From Gordius albopunctatus (lineage: Eukaryota), in contig OZ193910.1 in the NCBI GenBank assembly GCA_964276515.1, positions 8,246,001 through 8,310,000 of the forward strand: 64,000 bases of DNA, given 5' to 3'. Each line of letters starts with the position of its first letter. Within the stretch, counting starts at the first letter, position 1. Below are positions 38,401 through 52,370 of this stretch, in pieces. The notes under the pieces are model-generated. The model worked only from the letters and a program-made list of their open reading frames with translations, did no database searches and was not told where the DNA came from. The position numbers and the translations under genes are program-made.

Positions 38401-41400
38401 AACGTTGTCTTTTCTCAAAATGATTGTTCTCGCAGCTTAAAACTTCTTATAAGGAGTCGATCGAGATTAATAGGATTCTCAAATCAGCTTACTTTTATAT
38501 ATTTTTTCAAGCTCTTTTACATAAAATAACAAAAAATATATTGTTCAGGTTAAAATAATTCACAATTTTTTCCTTTCGGCCATATTCAACCGATGAAAGT
38601 TGTTATTTTCAGACGTGATTTCCATGATAAAAAGTCAAAATTTATCAGAATTAGAGAACTGTTACTTTTAAATCATCATCGCATAGAGCATGTTTCAAAA
38701 ATTAAGCCCTAACGTTGCGATACAACAAACTAATCGCAACAAAATAACGTTGTCTTTTCTCAAAATGATTGTTCTCGCAGCTTAAAACTTCTTTCTTAAG
38801 TCAATCGAGCATAAAAGTTTCTCAAATTGGCTTACTTTAATATATTTTTTCAAGCTCTTTTACATAAAATAACAAAAAATATATTTTTTCAGGATAAAAT
38901 AATTCACAATTTTTTCCTTTCAACCATATTCAACCGATAAAAGTTGTTATTTTCAGACGTGATTTCCATGATAAAAAGTTAAAATTTATCAGAATTAGAG
39001 AACCATTACTTTTAAATCATCATCGCATAGAGCATGTTTCAAAAATTAAGCACTAACGTTGCGATACAACTAACTAATCGAAACAATATAACGTTGTATT
39101 TTCTCAAAAAGATTGTTCTCGCAGCTTAAAACTTCTTTCTGAAGTCGATCGAGATTAATAGGATTCTCAAATGAGCTTACTTTTATATATTTTTTCAAGC
39201 TCTTTTACATAAAATAACAAAATAAATTTTTTTTCAGGTTAAAATAATTCACAATTTTTTCATTTCGGCCATATTCAACCGATGAAAGTTGTTATTTTCA
39301 GACGTGATTTCCACGATAAAAAGTCAAAATTTATCAGAATTAGAGAACCATTAGATTTAAATCATCATCGCATAGAGCATGTTTCAAAAATTAAGCACTA
39401 ACGTTGCGATACAACTAACTAATCGCAACAATATAACGTTGTCTTTTCTCAAAATGATTGTTCTCGCAGCTTAAAACTTCTTATAAGGAGTCGATCGAGA
39501 TTAATAGGATTCTCAAATCAGCTTAATTTTATATATTTTTTCAAGCTCTTTTACATAAAATAACAAAAAATATATTGTTCAGGTTAAAATAATTCACATT
39601 TTTTTCCTTTCGGCCATATTCAACCGATGAAAGTTGTTATTTTCAGACGTGATTTCCATGATAAAAAGTCAAAATTTATCAGAATTAGAGAACTGTTACT
39701 TTTAAATCATCATCGCATAGAGCATGTTTCAAAAATTAAGCACTAACGTTGCGATACAACTAACTAATCGCAACAATATAACGTTGTCTTTTCTCAAAAT
39801 GATTGTTCTCGCAGCTTAAAACTTCTTTCTAAAGTCAATCGAGCATAAAAGGTTTCTCAAATTGGCTTACTTTAATATATTTTTTCAAGCTCTTTTACAT
39901 AAAATAACAAAAAATATATTTTTTCAGGATAAAATAATTCACAATTTTTTCCTTTCAACCATATTCAACCGATGAAAGTTGTTATTTTCAGACGTGATTT
40001 CCATGATAAAAAGTTAAAATTTATCAGAATTAGAGAACCATTACTTTTAAATCATCATCGCATAGAGCATGTTTCAAAAATTAAGCACTAACGTTGCGAT
40101 ACAACTAACTAATCGCAACAATATAACGTTGTATTTTCTCAAAATGATTGTTCTCGCAGCTTAAAACTTCTTATAAGGAGTCGATCGAGATTAATAGGAT
40201 TCTCAAATGATCTTACTTTTATATATTTTTTCAAGCTCTTTTACATAAAATAACAAAAAATATATTTTTTCAGGTTATAATAATTCACAATTTTTTCCTT
40301 TCAACCATATTCAACCGATGAAAGTTGTTATTTTCAGACGTGATTTCCATGATAAAAAGTTAAAATTTATCAGAATTAGAGAACTATTACTTTTAAATCA
40401 TCATCGCATAGAGCATGTTTCAAAAATTAAGCACTCACGTTGCGATACAACAAACTAATCGCAACAAGATAACGTTGTCTTTTCGCAAAATGATAGTTCT
40501 CGCAGCTTGAAACATCTTATAAGGAGTCGATCGAGAATAATAGGATTCTCAAATTAGCTTACTTTTATATATTTTATCAAGCTCTTTTACATAAAATAAC
40601 AAAAAATATATTTTTTAGGTTAAAATAATTCACAATTTTTTCCTTTCAACCATATTCAACCGATAAATGTTGTTATTTTCAGACGTGATTTCCATGATAA
40701 AAAGTTAAAATTTATCAGAATTAGAGAACCATTACTTTTAAATCATCATCGCATAGAGCATGTTTCAAAAATTAAGCACTAACGTTGCGATACAACTAAC
40801 TAATCGCAACAATATAACGTTGTCTTTTCGCAAAATGATAGTTCTCGCAGCTTGAAACATCTTATAAGGAGTCGATCGAGAATAATAGGATTCTCAAATT
40901 GGCTTACTTTAATATATTTTTTCAAGCTCCTTTACATAAAATAACAAAAAATATATTTTTTCAGGATAAAATAATTCACAATTTTTTCCTTTCAACCATA
41001 TTCAACTGATGAAAGTTGTTATTTTCAGACGTGATTTCCATGATAAAAAGTTAAAATTTATCAGAATTAGAGAACCATTACTTTTAAATCATCATCGCAT
41101 AGAGCATGTTTCAAAAATTAAGCACTAACGTTGCGATACAACTAACTAATCGCAACAATATAACGTTGTATTTTCTCAAAATGATTGTTCTCGCAGCTTA
41201 AAACTTCTTTCTGAAGTCAATCGAGGATAAAAGGTTTCTCAAATCAGCTTACTTTTATATATTTTTTCAAGCTCTTTTACATAAAATAACAAAAAATATA
41301 TTTTTCAGGTTAAAATAATTCACAATTTTTTCCTTTCAGCCATATTCAACCGATGAAAGTTGTTATTTTCAGACGTGATTTCCATGATAAAAAGTTAAAA

Positions 41401-44400
41401 TTTATCAGAATTAGAGAACCATTAGATTTAAATCATCATCGCATAGAGCATGTTTCAAAAATTAAGCACTAACGTTGCGATACAACTAACTAATCGCAAC
41501 AATATAACGTTGTCTTTTCTCAAAATGATTGTTCTCGCAGCTTAAAACTTCTTATAAGGAGTCGATCGAGATTAATAGGATTCTCAAATCAGCTTACTTT
41601 TATATATTTTTTCAAGCTCTTTTACATAAAATAACAAAAAATATATTGTTCAGGTTAAAATAATTCACATTTTTTTCCTTTCGGCCATATTCAACCGATG
41701 AAAGTTGTTATTTTCAGACGTGATTTCCATGATAAAAAGTCAAAATTTATCAGAATTAGAGAACTGTTACTTTTAAATCATCATCGCATAGAGCATGTTT
41801 CAAAAATTAAGCACTCACGTTGCGATACAACTAACTAATCGCAACAATATAACGTTGTCTTTTCTCAAAATGATTGTTCTCGCAGCTTAAAACTTCTTTC
41901 TAAAGTCAATCTAGCATAAAAGGTTTCTCAAATTGGCTTACTTTAATATATTTTTTCAAGCTCTTTTACATAAAATAACAAAAAATATTTTTTTTCAGGA
42001 TAAAATAATTCACAATTTTTTCCTTTCAACCATATTCAACCGATGAAAGTTGTTATTTTCAGACGTGATTTCCATGATAAAAAGTTAAAATTTATCAGAA
42101 TTAGAGAACCATTACTTTTAAATCATCATCGCATAGAGCATGTTTCAAAAATTAAGCACTAACGTTGCGATACAACTAACTAATCGCAACAATATAACGT
42201 TGTATTTTCTCAAAATGATTGTTCTCGCAGCTTAAAACTTCTTATAAGGAGTCGATCGAGATTAATAGGATTCTCAAATGATCTTACTTTTATATATTTT
42301 TTCAAGCTCTTTTACATAAAATAACAAAAAATATATTTTTTCAGGTTATAATAATTCACAATTTTTTCCTTTCAACCATATTCAACCGATGAAAGTTGTT
42401 ATTTTCAGACGTGATTTCCATGATAAAAAGTTAAAATTTATCAGAATTAGAGAACTATTACTTTTAAATCATCATCGCATAGAGCATGTTTCAAAAATTA
42501 AGCACTCACGTTGCGATACAACAAACTAATCGCAACAAGATAACGTTGTCTTTTCGCAAAATGATAGTTCTCGCAGCTTGAAACATCTTATAAGGAGTCG
42601 ATCGAGAATAATAGGATTCTCAAATTAGCTTACTTTTATATATTTTATCAAGCTCTTTTACATAAAATAACAAAAAATATATTTTTTAGGTTAAAATAAT
42701 TCACAATTTTTTCCTTTCAACCATATTCAACCGATAAATGTTGTTATTTTCAGACGTGATTTCCATGATAAAAAGTTAAAATTTATCAGAATTAGAGAAC
42801 CATTACTTTTAAATCATCATCGCATAGAGCATGTTTCAAAAATTAAGCACTAACGTTGCGATACAACTAACTAATCGCAACAATATAACGTTGTATTTTC
42901 TCAAAATGATTGTTCTCGCAGCTTAAAACTTCTTTCTGAAGTCAATCGAGGATAAAAGGTTTCTCAAATCAGCTTACTTTTATATATTTTTTCAAGCTCT
43001 TTTACATAAAATAACAAAAAATATATTTTTCAGGTTAAAATAATTCACAATTTTTTCCTTTCAGCCATATTCAACCGATGAAAGTTGTTATTTTCAGACG
43101 TGATTTCCATGATAAAAAGTTAAAATTTATCAGAATTAGAGAACCATTAGATTTAAATCATCATCGCATAGAGCATGTTTCAAAAATTAAGCACTAACGT
43201 TGCGATACAACTAACTAATCGCAACAATATAACGTTGTCTTTTCTCAAAATGATTGTTCTCGCAGCTTAAAACTTCTTATAAGGAGTCGATCGAGATTAA
43301 TAGGATTCTCAAATCAGCTTACTTTTATATATTTTTTCAAGCTCTTTTACATAAAATAACAAAAAATATATTGTTCAGGTTAAAATAATTCACAATTTTT
43401 TCCTTTCGGCCATATTCAACCGATGAAAGTTGTTATTTTCAGACGTGATTTCCATGATAAAAAGTCAAAATTTATCAGAATTAGAGAACTGTTACTTTTA
43501 AATCATCATCGCATAGAGCATGTTTCAAAAATTAAGCACTAACGTTGCGATACAACAAACTAATCGCAACAAAATAACGTTGTCTTTTCTCAAAATGATT
43601 GTTCTCGCAGCTTAAAACTTCTTTCTTAAGTCAATCGAGCATAAAAGGTTTCTCAAATTGGCTTACTTTAATATATTTTTTCAAGCTCCTTTACATAAAA
43701 TAACAAAAAATATATTTTTTCAGGATAAAATAATTCACAATTTTTTCCTTCAACCATATTCAACCGATGAAAGTTGTTATTTTCAGACGTGATTTCCATG
43801 ATAAAAAGTCAAAATTTATCAGAATTAGAGAACTGTTACTTTTAAATCATCATCGCATAGAGCATGTTTCAAAAATTAAGCACTAACGTTGCGATACAAC
43901 AAACTAATCGCAACAAAATAACGTTGTCTTTTCTCAAAATGATTGTTCTCGCAGCTTAAAACTTCTTTCTTAAGTCAATCGAGCATAAAAGGTTTCTCAA
44001 ATTGGCTTACTTTAATATATTTTTTCAAGCTCTTTTACATAAAATAACAAAAAATATATTTTTTCAGGTTAAAATAATTCACAATTTTTTCCTTTCGGCC
44101 ATATTCAACCGATGAAAGTTGTTATTTTCAGACGTGATTTCCATGATAAAAAGTCAAAATTTATCAGAATTAGAGAACCATTACTTTTAAATCATCATCG
44201 CATAGAGCATGTTTCAAAAATTAAGCACTAACGTTGCGATACAACTAACTAATCGCAACAAAATAACGTTGTCTTTTCTCAAAATGATTGTTCTCGCAGC
44301 TTAAAACTTCTTTCTTAAGTCAATCGAGCATAAAAGGTTTCTCAAATTGGCTTACTTTAATATATTTTTTCAAGCTCTTTTACATAAAATAACAAAAAAT

Positions 44401-47400
44401 ATATTTTTTCAGGATAAAATAATTCACAATTTTTTCCTTCAACCATATTCAACCGATGAAAGTTGTTATTTTCAGACGTGATTTCCATGATAAAAAGTCA
44501 AAATTTATCAGAATTAGAGAACTGTTACTTTTAAATCATCATCGCATAGAGCATGTTTCAAAAATTAAGCACTAACGTTGCGATACAACAAACTAATCGC
44601 AACAAAATAACGTTGTCTTTTCTCAAAATGATTGTTCTCGCAGCTTAAAACTTCTTTCTTAAGTCAATCGAGATTAATAGGATTCTCAAATGAGCTTACT
44701 TTTATATATTTTTTCAAGCTCTTTTACATAAAATAACAAAATAAATTTTTTTTCAGGATAAAATAATTCACAATTTTTTCCTTTCAACCATATTCAACCG
44801 ATAAAAGTTGTTATTTTCAGACGTGATTTCCATGATAAAAAGTTAAAATTTATCAGAATTAGAGAACCATTACTTTTAAATCATCATCGCATAGAGCATG
44901 TTTCAAAAATTAAGCACTAACGTTGCGATACAACTAACTAATCGCAACAATATAACGTTGTATTTTCTCAAAATGATTGTTCTCGCAGCTTAAAACTTCT
45001 TTCTGAAGTCAATCGAGGATAAAAGGTTTCTCAAATCAGCTTACTTTTATATATTTTTTCAAGCTCTTTTACATAAAATAACAAAATAAATTTTTTTTCA
45101 GGTTAAAATAATTCACAATTTTTTCATTTCGGCCATATTCAACCGATGAAAGTTGTTATTTTCAGACGTGATTTCCACGATAAAAAGTCAAAATTTATCA
45201 GAATTAGAGAACCATTAGATTTAAATCATAATCGCATAGAGCATGTTTCAAAAATTAAGCACTAACGTTGCGATACAACTAACTAATCGCAACAATATAA
45301 CGTTGTCTTTTCTCAAAATGATTGTTCTCGCAGCTTAAAACTTCTTATAAGGAGTCGATCGAGATTAATAGGATTCTCAAATCAGCTTACTTTTATATAT
45401 TTTTTCAAGCTCTTTTACATAAAATAACAAAAAATATATTTTTCAGGTTTAAATAATTCACAATTTTTTCCTTTCAACCATATTCAACCGATGAAAGTTG
45501 TTATTTTCAGACGTGATTTCCATGATAAAAAGTTAAAATTTATCAGAATTAGAGAACCATTACTTTTAAATCATCATCGCATAGAGCATGTTTCAAAAAT
45601 TAAGCACTAACGTTGCGATACAACTAACTAATCGCAACAATATAACGTTGTCTTTTCTCAAAATGATTGTTCTCGCAGCTTAAAACTTCTTATAAGGAGT
45701 CGATCGAGATTAATAGGATTCTCAAATCAGCTTACTTTTATATATTTTTTCAAGCTCTTTTACATAAAATAACAAAAAATATATTGTTCAGGTTAAAATA
45801 ATTCACAATTTTTTCCTTTCGGCCATATTCAACCGATGAAAGTTGTTATTTTCAGACGTGATTTCCATGATAAAAAGTCAAAATTTATCAGAATTAGAGA
45901 ACCATTACTTTTAAATCATCATCGCATAGAGCATGTTTCAAAAATTAAGCACTAACGTTGCGATACAACTAACTAATCGCAACAAAATAACGTTGTCTTT
46001 TCTCAAAATGATTGTTCTCGCAGCTTAATACTTCTTTCTTAAGTCAATCGAGCATAAAAGGTTTCTCAAATTGGCTTACTTTAATATATTTTTTCAAGCT
46101 CTTTTACATAAAATAACAAAAAATATATTTTTTCAGGATAAAATAATTCACAATTTTTTCCTTCAACCATATTCAACCGATGAAAGTTGTTATTTTCAGA
46201 CGTGATTTCCATGATAAAAAGTCAAAATTTATCAGAATTAGAGAACTGTTACTTTTAAATCATCATCGCATAGAGCATGTTTCAAAAATTAAGCACTAAC
46301 GTTGCGATACAACAAACTAATCGCAACAAAATAACGTTGTCTTTTCTCAAAATGATTGTTCTCGCAGCTTAAAACTTCTTTCTTAAGTCAATCGAGCATA
46401 AAAGGTTTCTCAAATTAGCTTACTTTTATATATTTTATCAAGCTCTTTTACATAAAATAACAAAAAATATATTTTTTAGGTTAAAATAATTCACAATTTT
46501 TTCCTTTCAACCATATTCAACCGATAAAAGTTGTTATTTTCAGACGTGATTGCCATGATAAAAAGTTAAAATTTATCAGAATTAGAGAACCATTACTTTT
46601 AAATCATCATCGCATAGAGCATGTTTCAAAAATTAAGCACTAACGTTGCGATACAACTAACTAATCGAAACAATATAACGTTGTATTTTCTCAAAATGAT
46701 TGTTCTCGCAGCTTAAAACTTCTTTCTGAAGTCAATCGAGGATAAAAGGTTTCTCAAATCAGCTTACTTTTATATATTTTTTCAAGCTCTTTTACATAAA
46801 ATAACAAAAAATATATTTTTCAGGTTTAAATAATTCACAATTTTTTCCTTTCAACCATATTCAACCGATGAAAGTTGTTATTTTCAGACGTGATTTCCAT
46901 GATAAAAAGTTAAAATTTATCAGAATTAGAGAACCATTACTTTTAAATCATCATCGCATAGAGCATGTTTCAAAAATTAAGCACTAACGTTGCGATACAA
47001 CTAACTAATCGCAACAATATAACGTTGTCTTTTCTCAAAATGATTGTTCTCGCAGCTTAAAACTTCTTATAAGGAGTCGATCGAGATTAATAGGATTCTC
47101 AAATCAGCTTACTTTTATATATTTTTTCAAGCTCTTTTACATAAAATAACAAAAAATATATTGTTCAGGTTAAAATAATTCACAATTTTTTCCTTTCGGC
47201 CATATTCAACCGATGAAAGTTGTTATTTTCAGACGTGATTTCCATGATAAAAAGTCAAAATTTATCAGAATTAGAGAACTGTTACTTTTAAATCATCATC
47301 GCATAGAGCATGTTTCAAAAATTAAGCCCTAACGTTGCGATACAACAAACTAATCGCAACAAAATAACGTTGTCTTTTCTCAAAATGATTGTTCTCGCAG

Positions 47401-50400
47401 CTTAAAACTTCTTTCTTAAGTCAATCGAGCATAAAAGTTTCTCAAATTGGCTTACTTTAATATATTTTTTCAAGCTCTTTTACATAAAATAACAAAAAAT
47501 ATATTTTTTCAGGATAAAATAATTCACAATTTTTTCCTTTCAACCATATTCAACCGATAAAAGTTGTTATTTTCAGACGTGATTTCCATGATAAAAAGTT
47601 AAAATTTATCAGAATTAGAGAACCATTACTTTTAAATCATCATCGCATAGAGCATGTTTCAAAAATTAAGCACTAACGTTGCGATACAACTAACTAATCG
47701 AAACAATATAACGTTGTATTTTCTCAAAAAGATTGTTCTCGCAGCTTAAAACTTCTTTCTGAAGTCGATCGAGATTAATAGGATTCTCAAATGAGCTTAC
47801 TTTTATATATTTTTTCAAGCTCTTTTACATAAAATAACAAAATAAATTTTTTTTCAGGTTAAAATAATTCACAATTTTTTCATTTCGGCCATATTCAACC
47901 GATGAAAGTTGTTATTTTCAGACGTGATTTCCACGATAAAAAGTCAAAATTTATCAGAATTAGAGAACCATTAGATTTAAATCATCATCGCATAGAGCAT
48001 GTTTCAAAAATTAAGCACTAACGTTGCGATACAACTAACTAATCGCAACAATATAACGTTGTCTTTTCTCAAAATGATTGTTCTCGCAGCTTAAAACTTC
48101 TTATAAGGAGTCGATCGAGATTAATAGGATTCTCAAATCAGCTTAATTTTATATATTTTTTCAAGCTCTTTTACATAAAATAACAAAAAATATATTGTTC
48201 AGGTTAAAATAATTCACATTTTTTTCCTTTCGGCCATATTCAACCGATGAAAGTTGTTATTTTCAGACGTGATTTCCATGATAAAAAGTCAAAATTTATC
48301 AGAATTAGAGAACTGTTACTTTTAAATCATCATCGCATAGAGCATGTTTCAAAAATTAAGCACTAACGTTGCGATACAACTAACTAATCGCAACAATATA
48401 ACGTTGTCTTTTCTCAAAATGATTGTTCTCGCAGCTTAAAACTTCTTTCTAAAGTCAATCGAGCATAAAAGGTTTCTCAAATTGGCTTACTTTAATATAT
48501 TTTTTCAAGCTCTTTTACATAAAATAACAAAAAATATATTTTTTCAGGATAAAATAATTCACAATTTTTTCCTTTCAACCATATTCAACCGATGAAAGTT
48601 GTTATTTTCAGACGTGATTTCCATGATAAAAAGTTAAAATTTATCAGAATTAGAGAACCATTACTTTTAAATCATCATCGCATAGAGCATGTTTCAAAAA
48701 TTAAGCACTAACGTTGCGATACAACTAACTAATCGCAACAATATAACGTTGTATTTTCTCAAAATGATTGTTCTCGCAGCTTAAAACTTCTTATAAGGAG
48801 TCGATCGAGATTAATAGGATTCTCAAATGATCTTACTTTTATATATTTTTTCAAGCTCTTTTACATAAAATAACAAAAAATATATTTTTTCAGGTTATAA
48901 TAATTCACAATTTTTTCCTTTCAACCATATTCAACCGATGAAAGTTGTTATTTTCAGACGTGATTTCCATGATAAAAAGTTAAAATTTATCAGAATTAGA
49001 GAACTATTACTTTTAAATCATCATCGCATAGAGCATGTTTCAAAAATTAAGCACTCACGTTGCGATACAACAAACTAATCGCAACAAGATAACGTTGTCT
49101 TTTCGCAAAATGATAGTTCTCGCAGCTTGAAACATCTTATAAGGAGTCGATCGAGAATAATAGGATTCTCAAATTAGCTTACTTTTATATATTTTATCAA
49201 GCTCTTTTACATAAAATAACAAAAAATATATTTTTTAGGTTAAAATAATTCACAATTTTTTCCTTTCAACCATATTCAACCGATAAATGTTGTTATTTTC
49301 AGACGTGATTTCCATGATAAAAAGTTAAAATTTATCAGAATTAGAGAACCATTACTTTTAAATCATCATCGCATAGAGCATGTTTCAAAAATTAAGCACT
49401 AACGTTGCGATACAACTAACTAATCGCAACAATATAACGTTGTCTTTTCGCAAAATGATAGTTCTCGCAGCTTGAAACATCTTATAAGGAGTCGATCGAG
49501 AATAATAGGATTCTCAAATTGGCTTACTTTAATATATTTTTTCAAGCTCCTTTACATAAAATAACAAAAAATATATTTTTTCAGGATAAAATAATTCACA
49601 ATTTTTTCCTTTCAACCATATTCAACTGATGAAAGTTGTTATTTTCAGACGTGATTTCCATGATAAAAAGTTAAAATTTATCAGAATTAGAGAACCATTA
49701 CTTTTAAATCATCATCGCATAGAGCATGTTTCAAAAATTAAGCACTAACGTTGCGATACAACTAACTAATCGCAACAATATAACGTTGTATTTTCTCAAA
49801 ATGATTGTTCTCGCAGCTTAAAACTTCTTTCTGAAGTCAATCGAGGATAAAAGGTTTCTCAAATCAGCTTACTTTTATATATTTTTTCAAGCTCTTTTAC
49901 ATAAAATAACAAAAAATATATTTTTCAGGTTAAAATAATTCACAATTTTTTCCTTTCAGCCATATTCAACCGATGAAAGTTGTTATTTTCAGACGTGATT
50001 TCCATGATAAAAAGTTAAAATTTATCAGAATTAGAGAACCATTAGATTTAAATCATCATCGCATAGAGCATGTTTCAAAAATTAAGCACTAACGTTGCGA
50101 TACAACTAACTAATCGCAACAATATAACGTTGTCTTTTCTCAAAATGATTGTTCTCGCAGCTTAAAACTTCTTATAAGGAGTCGATCGAGATTAATAGGA
50201 TTCTCAAATCAGCTTACTTTTATATATTTTTTCAAGCTCTTTTACATAAAATAACAAAAAATATATTGTTCAGGTTAAAATAATTCACATTTTTTTCCTT
50301 TCGGCCATATTCAACCGATGAAAGTTGTTATTTTCAGACGTGATTTCCATGATAAAAAGTCAAAATTTATCAGAATTAGAGAACTGTTACTTTTAAATCA

Positions 50401-52370
50401 TCATCGCATAGAGCATGTTTCAAAAATTAAGCACTCACGTTGCGATACAACTAACTAATCGCAACAATATAACGTTGTCTTTTCTCAAAATGATTGTTCT
50501 CGCAGCTTAAAACTTCTTTCTAAAGTCAATCTAGCATAAAAGGTTTCTCAAATTGGCTTACTTTAATATATTTTTTCAAGCTCTTTTACATAAAATAACA
50601 AAAAATATTTTTTTTCAGGATAAAATAATTCACAATTTTTTCCTTTCAACCATATTCAACCGATGAAAGTTGTTATTTTCAGACGTGATTTCCATGATAA
50701 AAAGTTAAAATTTATCAGAATTAGAGAACCATTACTTTTAAATCATCATCGCATAGAGCATGTTTCAAAAATTAAGCACTAACGTTGCGATACAACTAAC
50801 TAATCGCAACAATATAACGTTGTATTTTCTCAAAATGATTGTTCTCGCAGCTTAAAACTTCTTATAAGGAGTCGATCGAGATTAATAGGATTCTCAAATG
50901 ATCTTACTTTTATATATTTTTTCAAGCTCTTTTACATAAAATAACAAAAAATATATTTTTTCAGGTTATAATAATTCACAATTTTTTCCTTTCAACCATA
51001 TTCAACCGATGAAAGTTGTTATTTTCAGACGTGATTTCCATGATAAAAAGTTAAAATTTATCAGAATTAGAGAACTATTACTTTTAAATCATCATCGCAT
51101 AGAGCATGTTTCAAAAATTAAGCACTCACGTTGCGATACAACAAACTAATCGCAACAAGATAACGTTGTCTTTTCGCAAAATGATAGTTCTCGCAGCTTG
51201 AAACATCTTATAAGGAGTCGATCGAGAATAATAGGATTCTCAAATTAGCTTACTTTTATATATTTTATCAAGCTCTTTTACATAAAATAACAAAAAATAT
51301 ATTTTTTAGGTTAAAATAATTCACAATTTTTTCCTTTCAACCATATTCAACCGATAAATGTTGTTATTTTCAGACGTGATTTCCATGATAAAAAGTTAAA
51401 ATTTATCAGAATTAGAGAACCATTACTTTTAAATCATCATCGCATAGAGCATGTTTCAAAAATTAAGCACTAACGTTGCGATACAACTAACTAATCGCAA
51501 CAATATAACGTTGTATTTTCTCAAAATGATTGTTCTCGCAGCTTAAAACTTCTTTCTGAAGTCAATCGAGGATAAAAGGTTTCTCAAATCAGCTTACTTT
51601 TATATATTTTTTCAAGCTCTTTTACATAAAATAACAAAAAATATATTTTTCAGGTTAAAATAATTCACAATTTTTTCCTTTCAGCCATATTCAACCGATG
51701 AAAGTTGTTATTTTCAGACGTGATTTCCATGATAAAAAGTTAAAATTTATCAGAATTAGAGAACCATTAGATTTAAATCATCATCGCATAGAGCATGTTT
51801 CAAAAATTAAGCACTAACGTTGCGATACAACTAACTAATCGCAACAATATAACGTTGTCTTTTCTCAAAATGATTGTTCTCGCAGCTTAAAACTTCTTAT
51901 AAGGAGTCGATCGAGATTAATAGGATTCTCAAATCAGCTTACTTTTATATATTTTTTCAAGCTCTTTTACATAAAATAACAAAAAATATATTGTTCAGGT
52001 TAAAATAATTCACAATTTTTTCCTTTCGGCCATATTCAACCGATGAAAGTTGTTATTTTCAGACGTGATTTCCATGATAAAAAGTCAAAATTTATCAGAA
52101 TTAGAGAACTGTTACTTTTAAATCATCATCGCATAGAGCATGTTTCAAAAATTAAGCACTAACGTTGCGATACAACAAACTAATCGCAACAAAATAACGT
52201 TGTCTTTTCTCAAAATGATTGTTCTCGCAGCTTAAAACTTCTTTCTTAAGTCAATCGAGCATAAAAGGTTTCTCAAATTGGCTTACTTTAATATATTTTT
52301 TCAAGCTCCTTTACATAAAATAACAAAAAATATATTTTTTCAGGATAAAATAATTCACAATTTTTTCCTT
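35443..52370. repeat. 25-monomer tandem duplication, 8620-bp period, nearly two full copies
   Basis: Private markers at 8620-bp offset: ttaaatcata 36601/45221, tgccatg 37931/46551, gcttaatttt 39521/48141, ctagcataaa 41911/50531. The junction is near 44063 and the copies diverge at ~43750/52370. Confidence 0.92.
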
